Positions 49,607 to 59,191 of a DNA stretch of 64,000 nt are shown here, one piece after another. Position 1 is the first letter of the stretch, and every line of letters starts with the position of its first letter. This stretch comes from Bacillota bacterium (lineage in GTDB: Bacteria; Bacillota; SHA-98; UBA4971), in assembly GCA_050949175.1 (NCBI GenBank), contig JBMNFG010000011.1, positions 195,749-259,748 on the forward strand, written 5' to 3'. Made by a program: the position numbers and the translations under genes. Below the pieces are notes generated by a model. That model made no database searches. It was not told the DNA's origin and worked only from the letters and a program-made list of their open reading frames with translations.

Positions 49607-50998
49607 ATGAACTCATCCGCCGGCCAACTGCACAGAGACTCCGGAATGTTCCACGTAACTCTGGATCCTGAAGGACCCGGTGTAATCAGGCTCCATTTGA
49701 GAAGGGCGGAGAAGAACTTGTGGAACCTCTTAGGAAAGCCGAGACTGTCTAAGCTATGGATCAACGGAACCCAGCTCCTTCTGCTTGAAGATTCAGCAGC
49801 AGATATAGTTCAGTCCATCATAGAGACGGCCCAAGATGAAACGCGCCCCGGGGAAGAGGTTTCTTTGGAGAGTTGGCGCAAGATCAAAAAAGAAATCGGA
49901 AAGAGAGTTCAGAATCTTTATCCGCGAACCCCTATTTCGCGGATTGAAGAAGATATCGATTATATATACGGATTGATTGTGGAATTATCTAAAGGCGCGT
50001 GTCCGAAAGATTTAGGAATAGAAGGCCAGATAATCGATTATGAGGAATGGCATATCCCCGCCAGGATGGACCTTATGATCTCGTCAATGAAGGGTTCAGG
50101 CTGCCAGAATGCGTGCTCATGGTGTTATGCAGCTGATATGCCTGATATACCTGAGCTGGACACCGATTCCTGGAAAAAGGTCCTGGATATGCTATGGGAA
50201 ATCGGTATCCCGCATATAGATTTCACCGGAGGAGAGCCGACAACAAGGTCTGACCTGATTGAACTCATAGAGTATGCCGAAAGATTCGTAACAGGCCTCA
50301 TAACCAACGGAAGAGCCATACCGCACCTTGCGAAAGATTTAAAGAGGGTAAGTTTAGATTACATCCAGATAAGCATAGAATCAGCTGACCCTAAGATCCA
50401 TGATAAGATTGTCAACTCGCCGGGGGCATGGAAGGAGACGGTCAGCGGAATCCGGGCCGCTCTCGATGAAGGGCTTTATACATCCACCAATACGACCCTT
50501 ACGCGGGAGAACGCAGATGGTTTCCCTGAGCTCATTCGGTTTCTTGCAGATCTGGGTGTCCGCTACATCGGATGCAACAGCCTGATTAAAACAGGCGGAG
50601 GGCGAAACCACAAAGATGCCATGGATGAGGCTGAGCTCGAAGCAATCCTCAAGAAGGCTGTTGATGTTGCAGATGAACTTAAGCTTGAACTTAGCTGGTT
50701 TACACCCACGTGCTACCTGAAGCTGAATCCTGTTAACCTTGGGTTAGGAGCCAAATCCTGTTCAGCATGCACAACTAATATGGCAATAAGGCCTGACGGA
50801 GTGGTGGTGCCTTGCCAGTCATGGCTGCACGATGAAGGTCTCGGCAACATCCTCGAGGAGCCATGGGAGAGGATCTTCAACCATCCCCTTGCACGCAGGA
50901 TAAGAGCACATGAACTCAAGGACCCAAAGTGCGGCGATTGCCCGCACCTTGCTGTGTGTGGTGGCGCTTGTCAGATAGAACAAGTCTTGCCTAAGTGA
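49607..50998 (+). CDS. radical SAM protein with C-terminal SPASM-like Cys-rich domain and an about 150-aa N-terminal extension
   Basis: CQNACSWC (Cx3Cx2C) at about residue 165; C-terminal CSACTT...PCQSW...KCGDCPHLAVCGGACQ. Confidence 0.78.
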   Translation: MNSSAGQLHRDSGMFHVTLDPEGPGVIRLHLRRAEKNLWNLLGKPRLSKLWINGTQLLLLEDSAADIVQSIIETAQDETRPGEEVSLESWRKIKKEIGKRVQNLYPRTPISRIEEDIDYIYGLIVELSKGACPKDLGIEGQIIDYEEWHIPARMDLMISSMKGSGCQNACSWCYAADMPDIPELDTDSWKKVLDMLWEIGIPHIDFTGGEPTTRSDLIELIEYAERFVTGLITNGRAIPHLAKDLKRVSLDYIQISIESADPKIHDKIVNSPGAWKETVSGIRAALDEGLYTSTNTTLTRENADGFPELIRFLADLGVRYIGCNSLIKTGGGRNHKDAMDEAELEAILKKAVDVADELKLELSWFTPTCYLKLNPVNLGLGAKSCSACTTNMAIRPDGVVVPCQSWLHDEGLGNILEEPWERIFNHPLARRIRAHELKDPKCGDCPHLAVCGGACQIEQVLPK

Positions 50999-51105
50999 TG
51001 TGCAGGGAAACGAAAAGCGGAAACGAAAGGCTGCACGAAACCCAGATGCTGCGCAAAACCTAAGTCGCGGTCACGCACAGGATCTAAGAGAAAGAGGTTA
51101 TTATA

Positions 51106-52266
51106 ATGGGAAAAAGCCTCCCTCATACAAGACATATAACATGGATCCGTATATGTATCTTCCTCGCAGTCTTCTGCTGCGTTCTCACGCTTCCGGTATT
51201 TGCAGATACCGGCACCTATAAGATAAAAGACTATGCAGTAGAGATAACCCCCCAGCCTGACGGCAGCTGGGTGGCTTACTATACTCAAGAATGGGAAGTG
51301 CTCAGCGGATCGATTCCTTGGGTTACCGTAGGCCTGCCTAACGCAAACTATGAAGTGATTTCTTGGACCGGCGCAGCAACCCAAGTGAAGCCTGACAACC
51401 AGGGTGCGTGGAGCGGGGTTTACGTCCAACTGGATAATGACTACAGAAGGGGAGAAAGCTTCAATTTCGGGTTTAAGGTGATTCAGCAGAGAGTCGCCTA
51501 CCCCAAAGAAGGTTCACACGTGGAGTTTTCCTTCACTCCCGGTTGGTACGATAACAGTCCGGTTGAGCGCATGACGATTACTTTAGATAACCCCTGGTCG
51601 CCGGAGGATTTAAGATATACATCCCCTACCCCTACGGAGCAGCACGACAATAAGGTCGTATGGGTGACATCTCTCAGGCCGGGTCAGCGCTTCAACGTCG
51701 ATTTCGCGTTTTCACCTGAAGTCTTCACCGAACTCCGGCAGACTCCAAGGGGATCTATGCCAGGGGCATCCGGTGAGGGCGAAGAAATGTTCGATGCTGC
51801 CATCATCGGCTTTATCATCCTTTTCATTTTTATCTTGCTATTCCTTATAATTATCAGCGCCATCTTAAGAAGCCGTCGAAGGTATTACCGCCCGAGACGT
51901 GGAATTTACTATGGGACTCCTAAGCCTTTCGTTGCACCTGTACCTGCCGTTCCGGGCACAAGACTACGAAGGGTGCCAGGTAAGAAGGGAGAGTCTCCTA
52001 AGTCGGGAGATTCCAAGAAATCCGGAAGCGGAGGCGGTGGTTTCGGCGGTAGATCTAGCGGGTGTTATTGCGTATCGTGCGCATGTGCCTGCGTATCATG
52101 TGCATGCGCATGTGCGTGCGCAGGAGGGCGAGGAGCAGGTTGTGCACAGAAGTTCAGCCGGATGGGCTTAACTGATAAACGAGACACAAAGGCAGAGATC
52201 GCCCGGAAGAACACAGAGGCCGCTTGGAAGAACCATGAGACGGAAACAGAAAGAGCTGACATGTGA
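51106..52266 (+). CDS. DUF2207-like membrane protein (signal peptide, extracellular domain, TM helix, low-complexity C-tail)
   Basis: Architecture plus the Gly-rich tail GSGGGGFGGRSSG. The tail continues into an unusual Cys/Ala stretch CYCVSCACACVSCACACACA. Confidence 0.65.
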   Translation: MGKSLPHTRHITWIRICIFLAVFCCVLTLPVFADTGTYKIKDYAVEITPQPDGSWVAYYTQEWEVLSGSIPWVTVGLPNANYEVISWTGAATQVKPDNQGAWSGVYVQLDNDYRRGESFNFGFKVIQQRVAYPKEGSHVEFSFTPGWYDNSPVERMTITLDNPWSPEDLRYTSPTPTEQHDNKVVWVTSLRPGQRFNVDFAFSPEVFTELRQTPRGSMPGASGEGEEMFDAAIIGFIILFIFILLFLIIISAILRSRRRYYRPRRGIYYGTPKPFVAPVPAVPGTRLRRVPGKKGESPKSGDSKKSGSGGGGFGGRSSGCYCVSCACACVSCACACACAGGRGAGCAQKFSRMGLTDKRDTKAEIARKNTEAAWKNHETETERADM

Positions 52267-52934
52267 TGAACACCCACATGACACGTGTCAAACGGACTTC
52301 GCCTGACTTCGTAGGCGTGAAAACACCGCAATCTGTGGATTTTGCCAGGCTCTTATGGTTTCTCCTGGTTACAGCCTTGATCGTAGTCACAGTGTCAGGA
52401 TGCGGGTTTATCAAGAACGCTCAACAATCCCCCGGCGGGACACCGGATATGCCTTATGACGAAAACGTTGAAGTCCCGTCAGGAGACCCTGATTTCCCCC
52501 CGCTAGGGCAGTACTGGGTAGTCGACCCTGACGGCCTCGTAGGGATATCAGCCATCCGGATGGCAGATGAAACACTTGACGACCTGAAATCTCAACGCAT
52601 AGCCGAAGTGGTAATAGTCGTCCAAAAAGGTGTCAAGCATCCGGTTGAGTGGTCCACGCATTACGGTAGATGGCTCCGGCTGGGTGAAGCTGAAGGCCCA
52701 CATCAGAATAATGGTCTTGTATTCTTGATAATACCTGATGCGCCTGGCAGCTCAGGCAGAGTTTGGTATAGTATCGGCAGAGGCTTGCCGAAGTTGACAT
52801 CTTCTGATATGGGACCTCTCCTTGAAGAGGCAGCTTCATACGCTAATGCCGATGATTTGGACGGAGCGGTAATATCCATCGCAAGGAATATCCATGACAT
52901 TCTCCTGAAGATATATGGGAGGGGAGCGCAATGA
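52263..52934 (+). CDS. TPM-domain (TLP18.3/Psb32-like phosphatase) lipoprotein
   Basis: Lipobox VTVSGC. The TPM core runs VVIVVQKG...LVFLIIPDAP...RVWYSIGRGL. 4-bp overlaps with both neighbouring genes. Confidence 0.68.
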   Translation: MMNTHMTRVKRTSPDFVGVKTPQSVDFARLLWFLLVTALIVVTVSGCGFIKNAQQSPGGTPDMPYDENVEVPSGDPDFPPLGQYWVVDPDGLVGISAIRMADETLDDLKSQRIAEVVIVVQKGVKHPVEWSTHYGRWLRLGEAEGPHQNNGLVFLIIPDAPGSSGRVWYSIGRGLPKLTSSDMGPLLEEAASYANADDLDGAVISIARNIHDILLKIYGRGAQ

Positions 52935-53566
52935 GAAGAGGTTGCCTCTTTGGGGCAATAATAGGCATTGTAATCTTAGTTATCGTTATCTCCGGATTCT
53001 CCTGGATAATGGGGATACAAAGGACCTTGGTACAGCGGCAGCAATCTGTATTGGCTCAAGAAGGCCGGTACGGAGCTGCTCTTGAGACTCTCAGCGAAAA
53101 AATCAAAGGAATATGGGCAATTCAAAGGGATTTCCTTGAACACGAAAAAGATACGCTCACCGATGTAATAAGAGCAAGGGCCGAAGCCTTGGACCGTTCA
53201 GGCCAGGAGTTTGCAGCTGCAGTAGCTGAAGGGGATCCTGACAAGACTATAGAAGCAGCAAACAGGTTCCAGGAAGCAACCCGTGGGCTCGCGCTGTCTG
53301 TGGATGTCGTTGCTCTTCAAGAAGCCTATCCGCAACTGTTTTCCCCTCCAATAGTGCAACAGACCATGCGAGGCCTTGAAGAAGCCGTTAATGAGATTCG
53401 CACAGCTCTCGATGACTGGCAAGTGGCGATCCGAACATACAACACCTATCGAGGACAATGGCCTCAGAGCTTCGTAGCAGGTTTCCTGGGCTTCCCCGAG
53501 TCTTACGACTACTACAAGGCTGAAAAAGCCAAGCTGGACATGGATAAGCTTATGCCTTCCAGATAG
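52931..53566 (+). CDS. lemA: LemA family protein
   Basis: N-terminal TM helix and a LemA core (RAEALDRSGQEFAAAV...NTYRGQWPQSFVAGFLGF). Confidence 0.85.
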   Translation: MRRGCLFGAIIGIVILVIVISGFSWIMGIQRTLVQRQQSVLAQEGRYGAALETLSEKIKGIWAIQRDFLEHEKDTLTDVIRARAEALDRSGQEFAAAVAEGDPDKTIEAANRFQEATRGLALSVDVVALQEAYPQLFSPPIVQQTMRGLEEAVNEIRTALDDWQVAIRTYNTYRGQWPQSFVAGFLGFPESYDYYKAEKAKLDMDKLMPSR

Positions 53567-53639
53567 AAGGAAGGATATGGTGGGATAGAAGATAGGCTTA
53601 CCTGGCCTACCTACTATAAACAAGAAAGGGTGATTAGGG

Positions 53640-54860
53640 TTGACGAGTACCGTAGTTGAGCTCACCGGGCATATTATTGATTCGAGGAGCCTTCCTAAGG
53701 TGCTGGACGTCATTATCGAGCGAGGCGGCGACTTCGACATCGAAGAACTCAAAGTAGGTAGGAAGAACAATGACCCTAGCTATGCCAGGATAATGATTGA
53801 AGCAGAAAGTCAGGAAGCCCTGGACATGATACTTGAAGAAATAAGACGTTTGGGTGCTGTTGAAATGCATCTGGATGAGGCAGAGGTAGAACCGGCACCG
53901 AAAGACGGAGTATTTCCGGACAACTTCTATTCCAGCACTAACCTGGAGACATTTTTGAAGATTCGTGGTTCATGGATCCCTGTAGATGACATTGAGATGG
54001 ATTGCGGCATTGTCGTTGATTTCTCAGGGGACCCCCCCACAGCTCGCTGCGTGCCTCTGGGCAACATAAAGAAAGGCGACATGGTAGTTGTCGGAGGAAA
54101 AGGAATCAAAGTGATTCCCCTTGAGAAATCCAGGAAACGAGAGGTATTCAGTTTCATGGGGAGTGAAGTGTCCAGTGAGCGCCCTAAGGCCTTGGCTTTA
54201 GCAAGCATCGCTGAGACAATGAAAGACATCAGGTCCCGCAATAAGAAGATCCTTGCAGTTGTAGGGCCTGCAGTTATCCATACAGGCGCAGGCAGGCATC
54301 TTTCCGCGCTTATTGACGCAGGCTATATCAATGTACTGTTCGGCGGAAATGCCGTAGCAACCCATGACGTGGAATGGGCCTTGCTGGGAACCTCCCTCGG
54401 CGTTTATCTGGACACAGGGATTGCAGCTCCTGCAGGGCATACCCACCATATTAAGGCGATTAACACAATCCGAAAGTACGGAAGCTTTGAAAAAGCTGTA
54501 GAAGCAGGCGTGCTTACTAAGGGGATCATGTATTCATGTGTCAAGAACGGAATAGACTACGTCCTTGCAGGATCAATACGAGACGATGGGCCGATGCCGG
54601 GTGTCATCACTGATTCGGCAGAAGCTCAAGATGCAATGCGCCGTTGCCTGAAAGATGTGGAGTTAGCGCTGATGCTGTCTACAATGCTGCACTCCATAGC
54701 CACAGGCAATCTGCTGCCGGGAAAGGTCAAGACGGTGTGTGTCGATATAAACCCTGCTACCGTTACAAAGCTGGTAGACCGCGGCAGCCACCAGGCTGTG
54801 GGGGTAGTAAGTGACGTAGAGCTGTTCTTGAAAGAACTGGCGTATCAACTTATAGGGTAG
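53640..54860 (+). CDS. LOR/SDH-conserved-region (TIGR00300) family protein, archaeal-type ornithine-cyclodeaminase-like
   Basis: 406 aa. The N-terminus MTSTVVELTGHIIDSRSLPKVLDVI and the overall length fit the family. Assigned from memory of the family, not from a search. Confidence 0.5.
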   Translation: MTSTVVELTGHIIDSRSLPKVLDVIIERGGDFDIEELKVGRKNNDPSYARIMIEAESQEALDMILEEIRRLGAVEMHLDEAEVEPAPKDGVFPDNFYSSTNLETFLKIRGSWIPVDDIEMDCGIVVDFSGDPPTARCVPLGNIKKGDMVVVGGKGIKVIPLEKSRKREVFSFMGSEVSSERPKALALASIAETMKDIRSRNKKILAVVGPAVIHTGAGRHLSALIDAGYINVLFGGNAVATHDVEWALLGTSLGVYLDTGIAAPAGHTHHIKAINTIRKYGSFEKAVEAGVLTKGIMYSCVKNGIDYVLAGSIRDDGPMPGVITDSAEAQDAMRRCLKDVELALMLSTMLHSIATGNLLPGKVKTVCVDINPATVTKLVDRGSHQAVGVVSDVELFLKELAYQLIG

Positions 54861-54990
54861 CTGCTTATAGGATAGTTGATTATCGCATAGTTGCGGATAG
54901 TTGCCTATCGGATAGTTGCTTATCGGATAGTTGCTTATCGGATAGCTACTTATGGGATAATTGCTTAATAGGATCGCTGCTTGTAGGGTA
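54856..54990. repeat. array O: 13-bp unit GGATAGTTGCTTATC x about 10
   Basis: Direct reading. Starts at the stop codon of the preceding gene. Confidence 0.85.
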
Positions 54991-55116
54991 CGCCCTCTAA
55001 ACTTAAGATAGGACTCAAACCGGACACGCGGTGAGCCAAACCGTTAACATGCTTTATCCGTGCACATGCTGTGCCGGTAGACACGCTACGCCGACGCATG
55101 AGAGGTGAAACCCTGA

Positions 55117-55548
55117 ATGCTAAGGAACGCAACACTGGTTGCTCCACTTGTCGCATGGACGATTGCTCAAGTACTCAAGTTTGTAATAGATGGAATATCA
55201 AAAGGTAGGGCTGACTTTCGACGACTGGTAAATCCGGGGGGAATGCCCAGCTCCCACTCGACACTTGTGTCATGCATGTCAGTGATGATAGGAAGGATTT
55301 ATGGCTGGGATTCACCTCTCTTTGCTATGGCTGCCGTGCTTTCCCTCATAGTCCTGTATGATGCTGCAGGCATCAGGAGAGCCGCAGGCAAACAGGCGCA
55401 AGTCATCAACCGCATAGTGGAGGACATATACAAGAAACGCAAGGTGCCTGAACAACGTCTCAAGGAACTCCTAGGCCACACCCCGCTCGAGGTATTTGCA
55501 GGTGTTGCGTTAGGTGTTTTAGTAGCTTCCTATTGGCCTATTGGATAG
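55117..55548 (+). CDS. divergent PAP2 (YuiD/DUF212) family membrane protein
   Basis: 143 aa. GMPSSHS motif and the family length. Confidence 0.8.
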   Translation: MLRNATLVAPLVAWTIAQVLKFVIDGISKGRADFRRLVNPGGMPSSHSTLVSCMSVMIGRIYGWDSPLFAMAAVLSLIVLYDAAGIRRAAGKQAQVINRIVEDIYKKRKVPEQRLKELLGHTPLEVFAGVALGVLVASYWPIG

Positions 55549-55554
55549 CGGCAC

Positions 55555-55625
55555 TTTTCAAGGGCCTGCCTTTTTTGGGGTCTACCTTTTTCAAGAGTCT
55601 GCTTTTTCAGGAGTTCGCTTTTTGT
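55555..55625. repeat. about 18-bp unit (GYCTGCTTTTTCAAGRG) x4
   Basis: Direct reading. Confidence 0.7.
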
Positions 55626-55757
55626 CAACTGTTAAGCCCCAACCTCTGCTACCCCATAAGATACCGGTTTCGTTTGTATATGCACCGGGCACACTGCACG
55701 TTCCACATGTGTATATATAGCAAAGGCAGACTCTTGTGAAAATAGGAGGGGATCCCC

Positions 55758-57551
55758 TTGTCCCGGCTCAGACGGCTCCTTACACTAGCCCTCTTAAGTC
55801 CCATTTTCCCCGCATTTTTATGGGGGCCTTTCACCCATACGCACATTAACAGGAAAGCCTTGCAGAAAGCCAAGAAGCTTATGGAAAGCGGTGACGACAC
55901 AATCAACAAGCCGCTCGTCAACATGCTCACTTCATCAAAGAGAGTCCAAGAATCATATGCACTCGCCGCCAACGGTGCTGATGCCATATCCAGCTACCAT
56001 ACGTTAAATAACTTTACGGCCTACGACTATACCCATAATTCAATTCCTGACAACGCGAAAGGCCTTCCGAATTTCGGCTACACCCTGGTAGATACCTGGC
56101 ACAAGATGCCTGAATCAGCATGGAGTTCTCCTGATGCGAGGCTCCTCGACCTGGCTATTGCCTGCGGTTGGCTGTCTCATCAAGTAGCGGACTGGTACGC
56201 GCATTATGCATGTATAGACGGAGACGGCAACCTATGTGACCCGGAAGATGCCATAGCTGACGAAGTTTTTCGGTTTTCCGGATACTCCGATTCTCATAGA
56301 GTGATCGGGCACGATTATCCCGTGCCTCATCTTCGCCGCTATAACCTGGCTGACCATGGTTTGGCTGAATTTCTGGTAGATACGATAATCGTCGCCTCCC
56401 CCGACGGGCCGCAATTGCGCAATCTCTCCCTTCCCAACCTCTCGACTTTGAAAAACGGCTCCAATATTATCAGCACCGCATCTTTGGATTTCGGAGGGGC
56501 TGTTAAACTTCCCGAGGACCATGTCCCTATCTTGTGGCAAAACATGAACTTGATACTCCTGGGAATGTCCATCTTGCAGAAGCTGATATACCTGCGCAAG
56601 CCCAACTTCCACCGTGAAGCCGAACAGGTGGTCACCACGAAATATGTGGATCTTTCCATAGATCGCGTTGTAGATAAGGTCTTTAGAAAGAGTTTTGACG
56701 AAATGGCTGAGCTGGCAAGGTTCGGTAGGAAAATCCGCTCCCGGAACATGCCTATTGAACCATTAGACTCTAAGATCCAAAAGTATCCTGGCACTGTAAT
56801 ATTCAAGATAGCGCACTCCCTCGCGTCCTCTATGTCTCTTCCCGGCGGAAGTATCAGCCAAGCAACGTTCAATCGCACCCTAGCCATGATCGACAACCCT
56901 CTGGTGGCCTTTGAAAAAGCTCCTGTAATCGGCCCTTTAATGCGCTCACAATCCATAAGAAAAATCTTGTGGAACAAGGTAGGAAAACCGTCCCTTGAAA
57001 CCCTGATCACCGAATCCCTTGACAGCCTCGGAGGTCCTGACAAAGGTGTGCGAATACCTACAAGAGATGCACTCCTTGTCCTAGCCAATGCAGTGCTGCT
57101 AAAAGGAAGATCTTTAGAAAAGGCCCGACAGGACCTTGCATTGTCGCTGAAGCCTGTCATAACGGTGGTAAACTACGATGGGACAGCACTGGCTTCAGGT
57201 GCGGAATTGCCGACACAAAAAGAGCTCCTGGACATGGTGTTCAGACGACGAATGCTTATCTTCAGGCTCATACCGGCAGTCTCCAAACTGCGAGGCTTGC
57301 GTCATGCAGAGGAGAAATCTCTGGACATATCTTCGGTAAGGGTACGGTTCAACGGTTTTTCAATAACAGAATATCCGGAGTTCGCAGAAGCAGAGGCAAC
57401 TTACGAGAACGACAGCATAACCTCACCTGTGCTGGTTAAGGTCTCTTTTAAGTCCGGCTTCAGGCCAGGCAGGTACGACATCTTCGTTGACGTGCATGAC
57501 AAGGCCGGCGTGGGAGCTGAGTATCTCTACTGGGAGGTGGATCTCAGCTGA
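55758..57551 (+). CDS. secreted protein with N-terminal zinc-dependent phospholipase C / S1-P1-nuclease-like domain
   Basis: Signal peptide. After it, WGPFTHTHIN (the W-x-H metal ligand start) and a later HQVADWYAH His cluster. The C-terminal 300 aa are uncharacterised. Confidence 0.45.
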   Translation: MSRLRRLLTLALLSPIFPAFLWGPFTHTHINRKALQKAKKLMESGDDTINKPLVNMLTSSKRVQESYALAANGADAISSYHTLNNFTAYDYTHNSIPDNAKGLPNFGYTLVDTWHKMPESAWSSPDARLLDLAIACGWLSHQVADWYAHYACIDGDGNLCDPEDAIADEVFRFSGYSDSHRVIGHDYPVPHLRRYNLADHGLAEFLVDTIIVASPDGPQLRNLSLPNLSTLKNGSNIISTASLDFGGAVKLPEDHVPILWQNMNLILLGMSILQKLIYLRKPNFHREAEQVVTTKYVDLSIDRVVDKVFRKSFDEMAELARFGRKIRSRNMPIEPLDSKIQKYPGTVIFKIAHSLASSMSLPGGSISQATFNRTLAMIDNPLVAFEKAPVIGPLMRSQSIRKILWNKVGKPSLETLITESLDSLGGPDKGVRIPTRDALLVLANAVLLKGRSLEKARQDLALSLKPVITVVNYDGTALASGAELPTQKELLDMVFRRRMLIFRLIPAVSKLRGLRHAEEKSLDISSVRVRFNGFSITEYPEFAEAEATYENDSITSPVLVKVSFKSGFRPGRYDIFVDVHDKAGVGAEYLYWEVDLS

Positions 57552-57720
57552 TAGCTCGCGCCCGTCACTAATGCTGGTTAGGATCTCTTTTGAGTCCGGC
57601 TTCAGGCAGGCAGGTACGATATCCTCGTTGCGGTACATGACAAGACCGGCGTGGAAGCTGAGCACCTCTACTGGCAGGCAGATCCCAGCTGATAGCTAGC
57701 GTTCGTCAAACGCGATGTTA
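57552..57720 (+). repeat. degenerate tandem duplication of the last about 130 bp of the preceding gene (57420-57551), including its stop region
   Basis: Direct comparison. GATAGCTCGCGCCCGTCAC...GGCTTCAGGC...GGTACGA...GACAAG.CCGGCGTGG.AGCTGAG...CTCTACTGG occurs twice. Confidence 0.85.
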
Positions 57721-57784
57721 GTTGAAAAAAATATCACGATGAGCATCTTCTGAGCAAATTAAGGCAAAGCCGGCCTAAGTTGTG

Positions 57785-58080
57785 GCCTGCTAATACCGGA
57801 TGCACCCCGGCTCAGTTGGAATCTGTATGTCGCTCTATTGTAATGGACACTCGGGTAATACCCCAACAGCCTCACACTGTCACCCTGGATCGGCTGAAGC
57901 CTGCATATCGCACTACTGTAATGCACATTTGGGTAATACGTCAACATGCTATCGCTCTCACGTCCGCTCCGTTGAAGCCAGCATATCGCACTATTATAGT
58001 GCGCGCTTAGGCAATAACCCAACGTGCTCATACTCTCCCACGATTTGTTGCATATATGCGACAAATCGCACCATTAGATG
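57785..58080. repeat. array R: about 77-bp unit x about 3.5 (GCCTGCATATCGCACTACTGTAATGCACATTTGGGTAATACGTCAACATGCTATCGCTCTCACGTCCGCTCCGTTGAA)
   Basis: Direct reading. Lies immediately upstream of dmpA. Confidence 0.85.
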
Positions 58081-58102
58081 TAAAATACATTTGAGTGCAA
58101 CG

Positions 58103-59149
58103 ATGACGAGTATAAACAAGGATAAAGAACAAGAAACCGTCAGAACGAGGTGTTATGAGTTGCCGACCATTACAGATGTACCGGGCGTGCTTGTTGGACA
58201 TGCAGAGGACAGAGAGGGGCTTACCGGCTGCACTGCTGTTTTAGTCACCGATGGTGCAGTGGCAGGAGTTGATGTAAGAGGATCAGCCCCCGGCACGAGA
58301 GAAACGGATCTTATGAAACCCTGCAACCTGGTGGAGAAAGTCCACGCCATTGTGTTGGCAGGAGGCAGCGCATATGGCCTGGACGCTGCATGTGGAGCTA
58401 TGAGGTTTCTGGAGGAAAAAGGTGTGGGATTTGACACCGGTTTCGGTATAGTCCCTATTGTAGGCGCAGCGGTGATTTTCGATCTGGATGTTGGGAATCC
58501 GAAGCTGCGGCCTGATTCTGAAATGGGCTACTTAGCATGTAAGAACGCCTCTTCTTCAGTGCCTAGAGAAGGCAATGCCGGAGCCGGTCTCGGTGCAACT
58601 GTAGGCAAGCTTTACGGTCAGAGGTTTGCCATGAAAGGCGGATTGGGGAGCTGGTCAATAAAACTAGGCGCAGGAAAAGACCCGGAAGGCAACGAGGTTT
58701 CCGTTATTGTTGGGGCAATAGTCGTCGTAAATGCCCTGGGAAATATCATTGACCCGAAATCAGGAGAAGTGATTGCAGGTGCATACGACAGAGACAGAGG
58801 AGAGTTCATCTCCCTGACCTATGGTGATTTCCAGGGCTTCTCAGGCAACACCACTATAGGCGTTGTAGCCACAAACGCTGTCCTCTCCAAAGAAGGAGCA
58901 AATAAAGTTGCCCAGATGGCCCACAATGGCTTAGCCCGGGTGATACGGCCTGTGCACACAATGTACGATGGAGACACTGTTTTTGCTCTCTCAACGGGAC
59001 AAGTAGCATTCACCGGAGATAAGGCAAAAGATATCTCTTTGATTGGAGAAGCAGCTGCATCTGCCATAGAAGTCGCAGTCGTACGGGCTGTTAAGAACGC
59101 GGACGAATTAGCCTCAATTCCTGCTGCAAGCAGTATTATGGATTCCTAA
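58103..59149 (+). CDS. peptidase S58 (DmpA/L-aminopeptidase) family protein
   Basis: GTGCTAVLVTDGAVAGVDVRGSAPGTRETDL and the self-processing G-S/T region. ATG at 58103; the ORF-track extension to 57800 lies inside array R. Confidence 0.85.
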   Translation: MTSINKDKEQETVRTRCYELPTITDVPGVLVGHAEDREGLTGCTAVLVTDGAVAGVDVRGSAPGTRETDLMKPCNLVEKVHAIVLAGGSAYGLDAACGAMRFLEEKGVGFDTGFGIVPIVGAAVIFDLDVGNPKLRPDSEMGYLACKNASSSVPREGNAGAGLGATVGKLYGQRFAMKGGLGSWSIKLGAGKDPEGNEVSVIVGAIVVVNALGNIIDPKSGEVIAGAYDRDRGEFISLTYGDFQGFSGNTTIGVVATNAVLSKEGANKVAQMAHNGLARVIRPVHTMYDGDTVFALSTGQVAFTGDKAKDISLIGEAAASAIEVAVVRAVKNADELASIPAASSIMDS

Positions 59150-59191
59150 TGTAAACAGCTCGATTCCAACCCTCCCGTCCGAAGCGACAGC

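Noticed and set aside
53198-53770. 190-aa minus-strand ORF overlapping lemA and the LOR/SDH gene start
   Set aside because: It is antisense to two confident plus-strand genes and has no recognisable domain.
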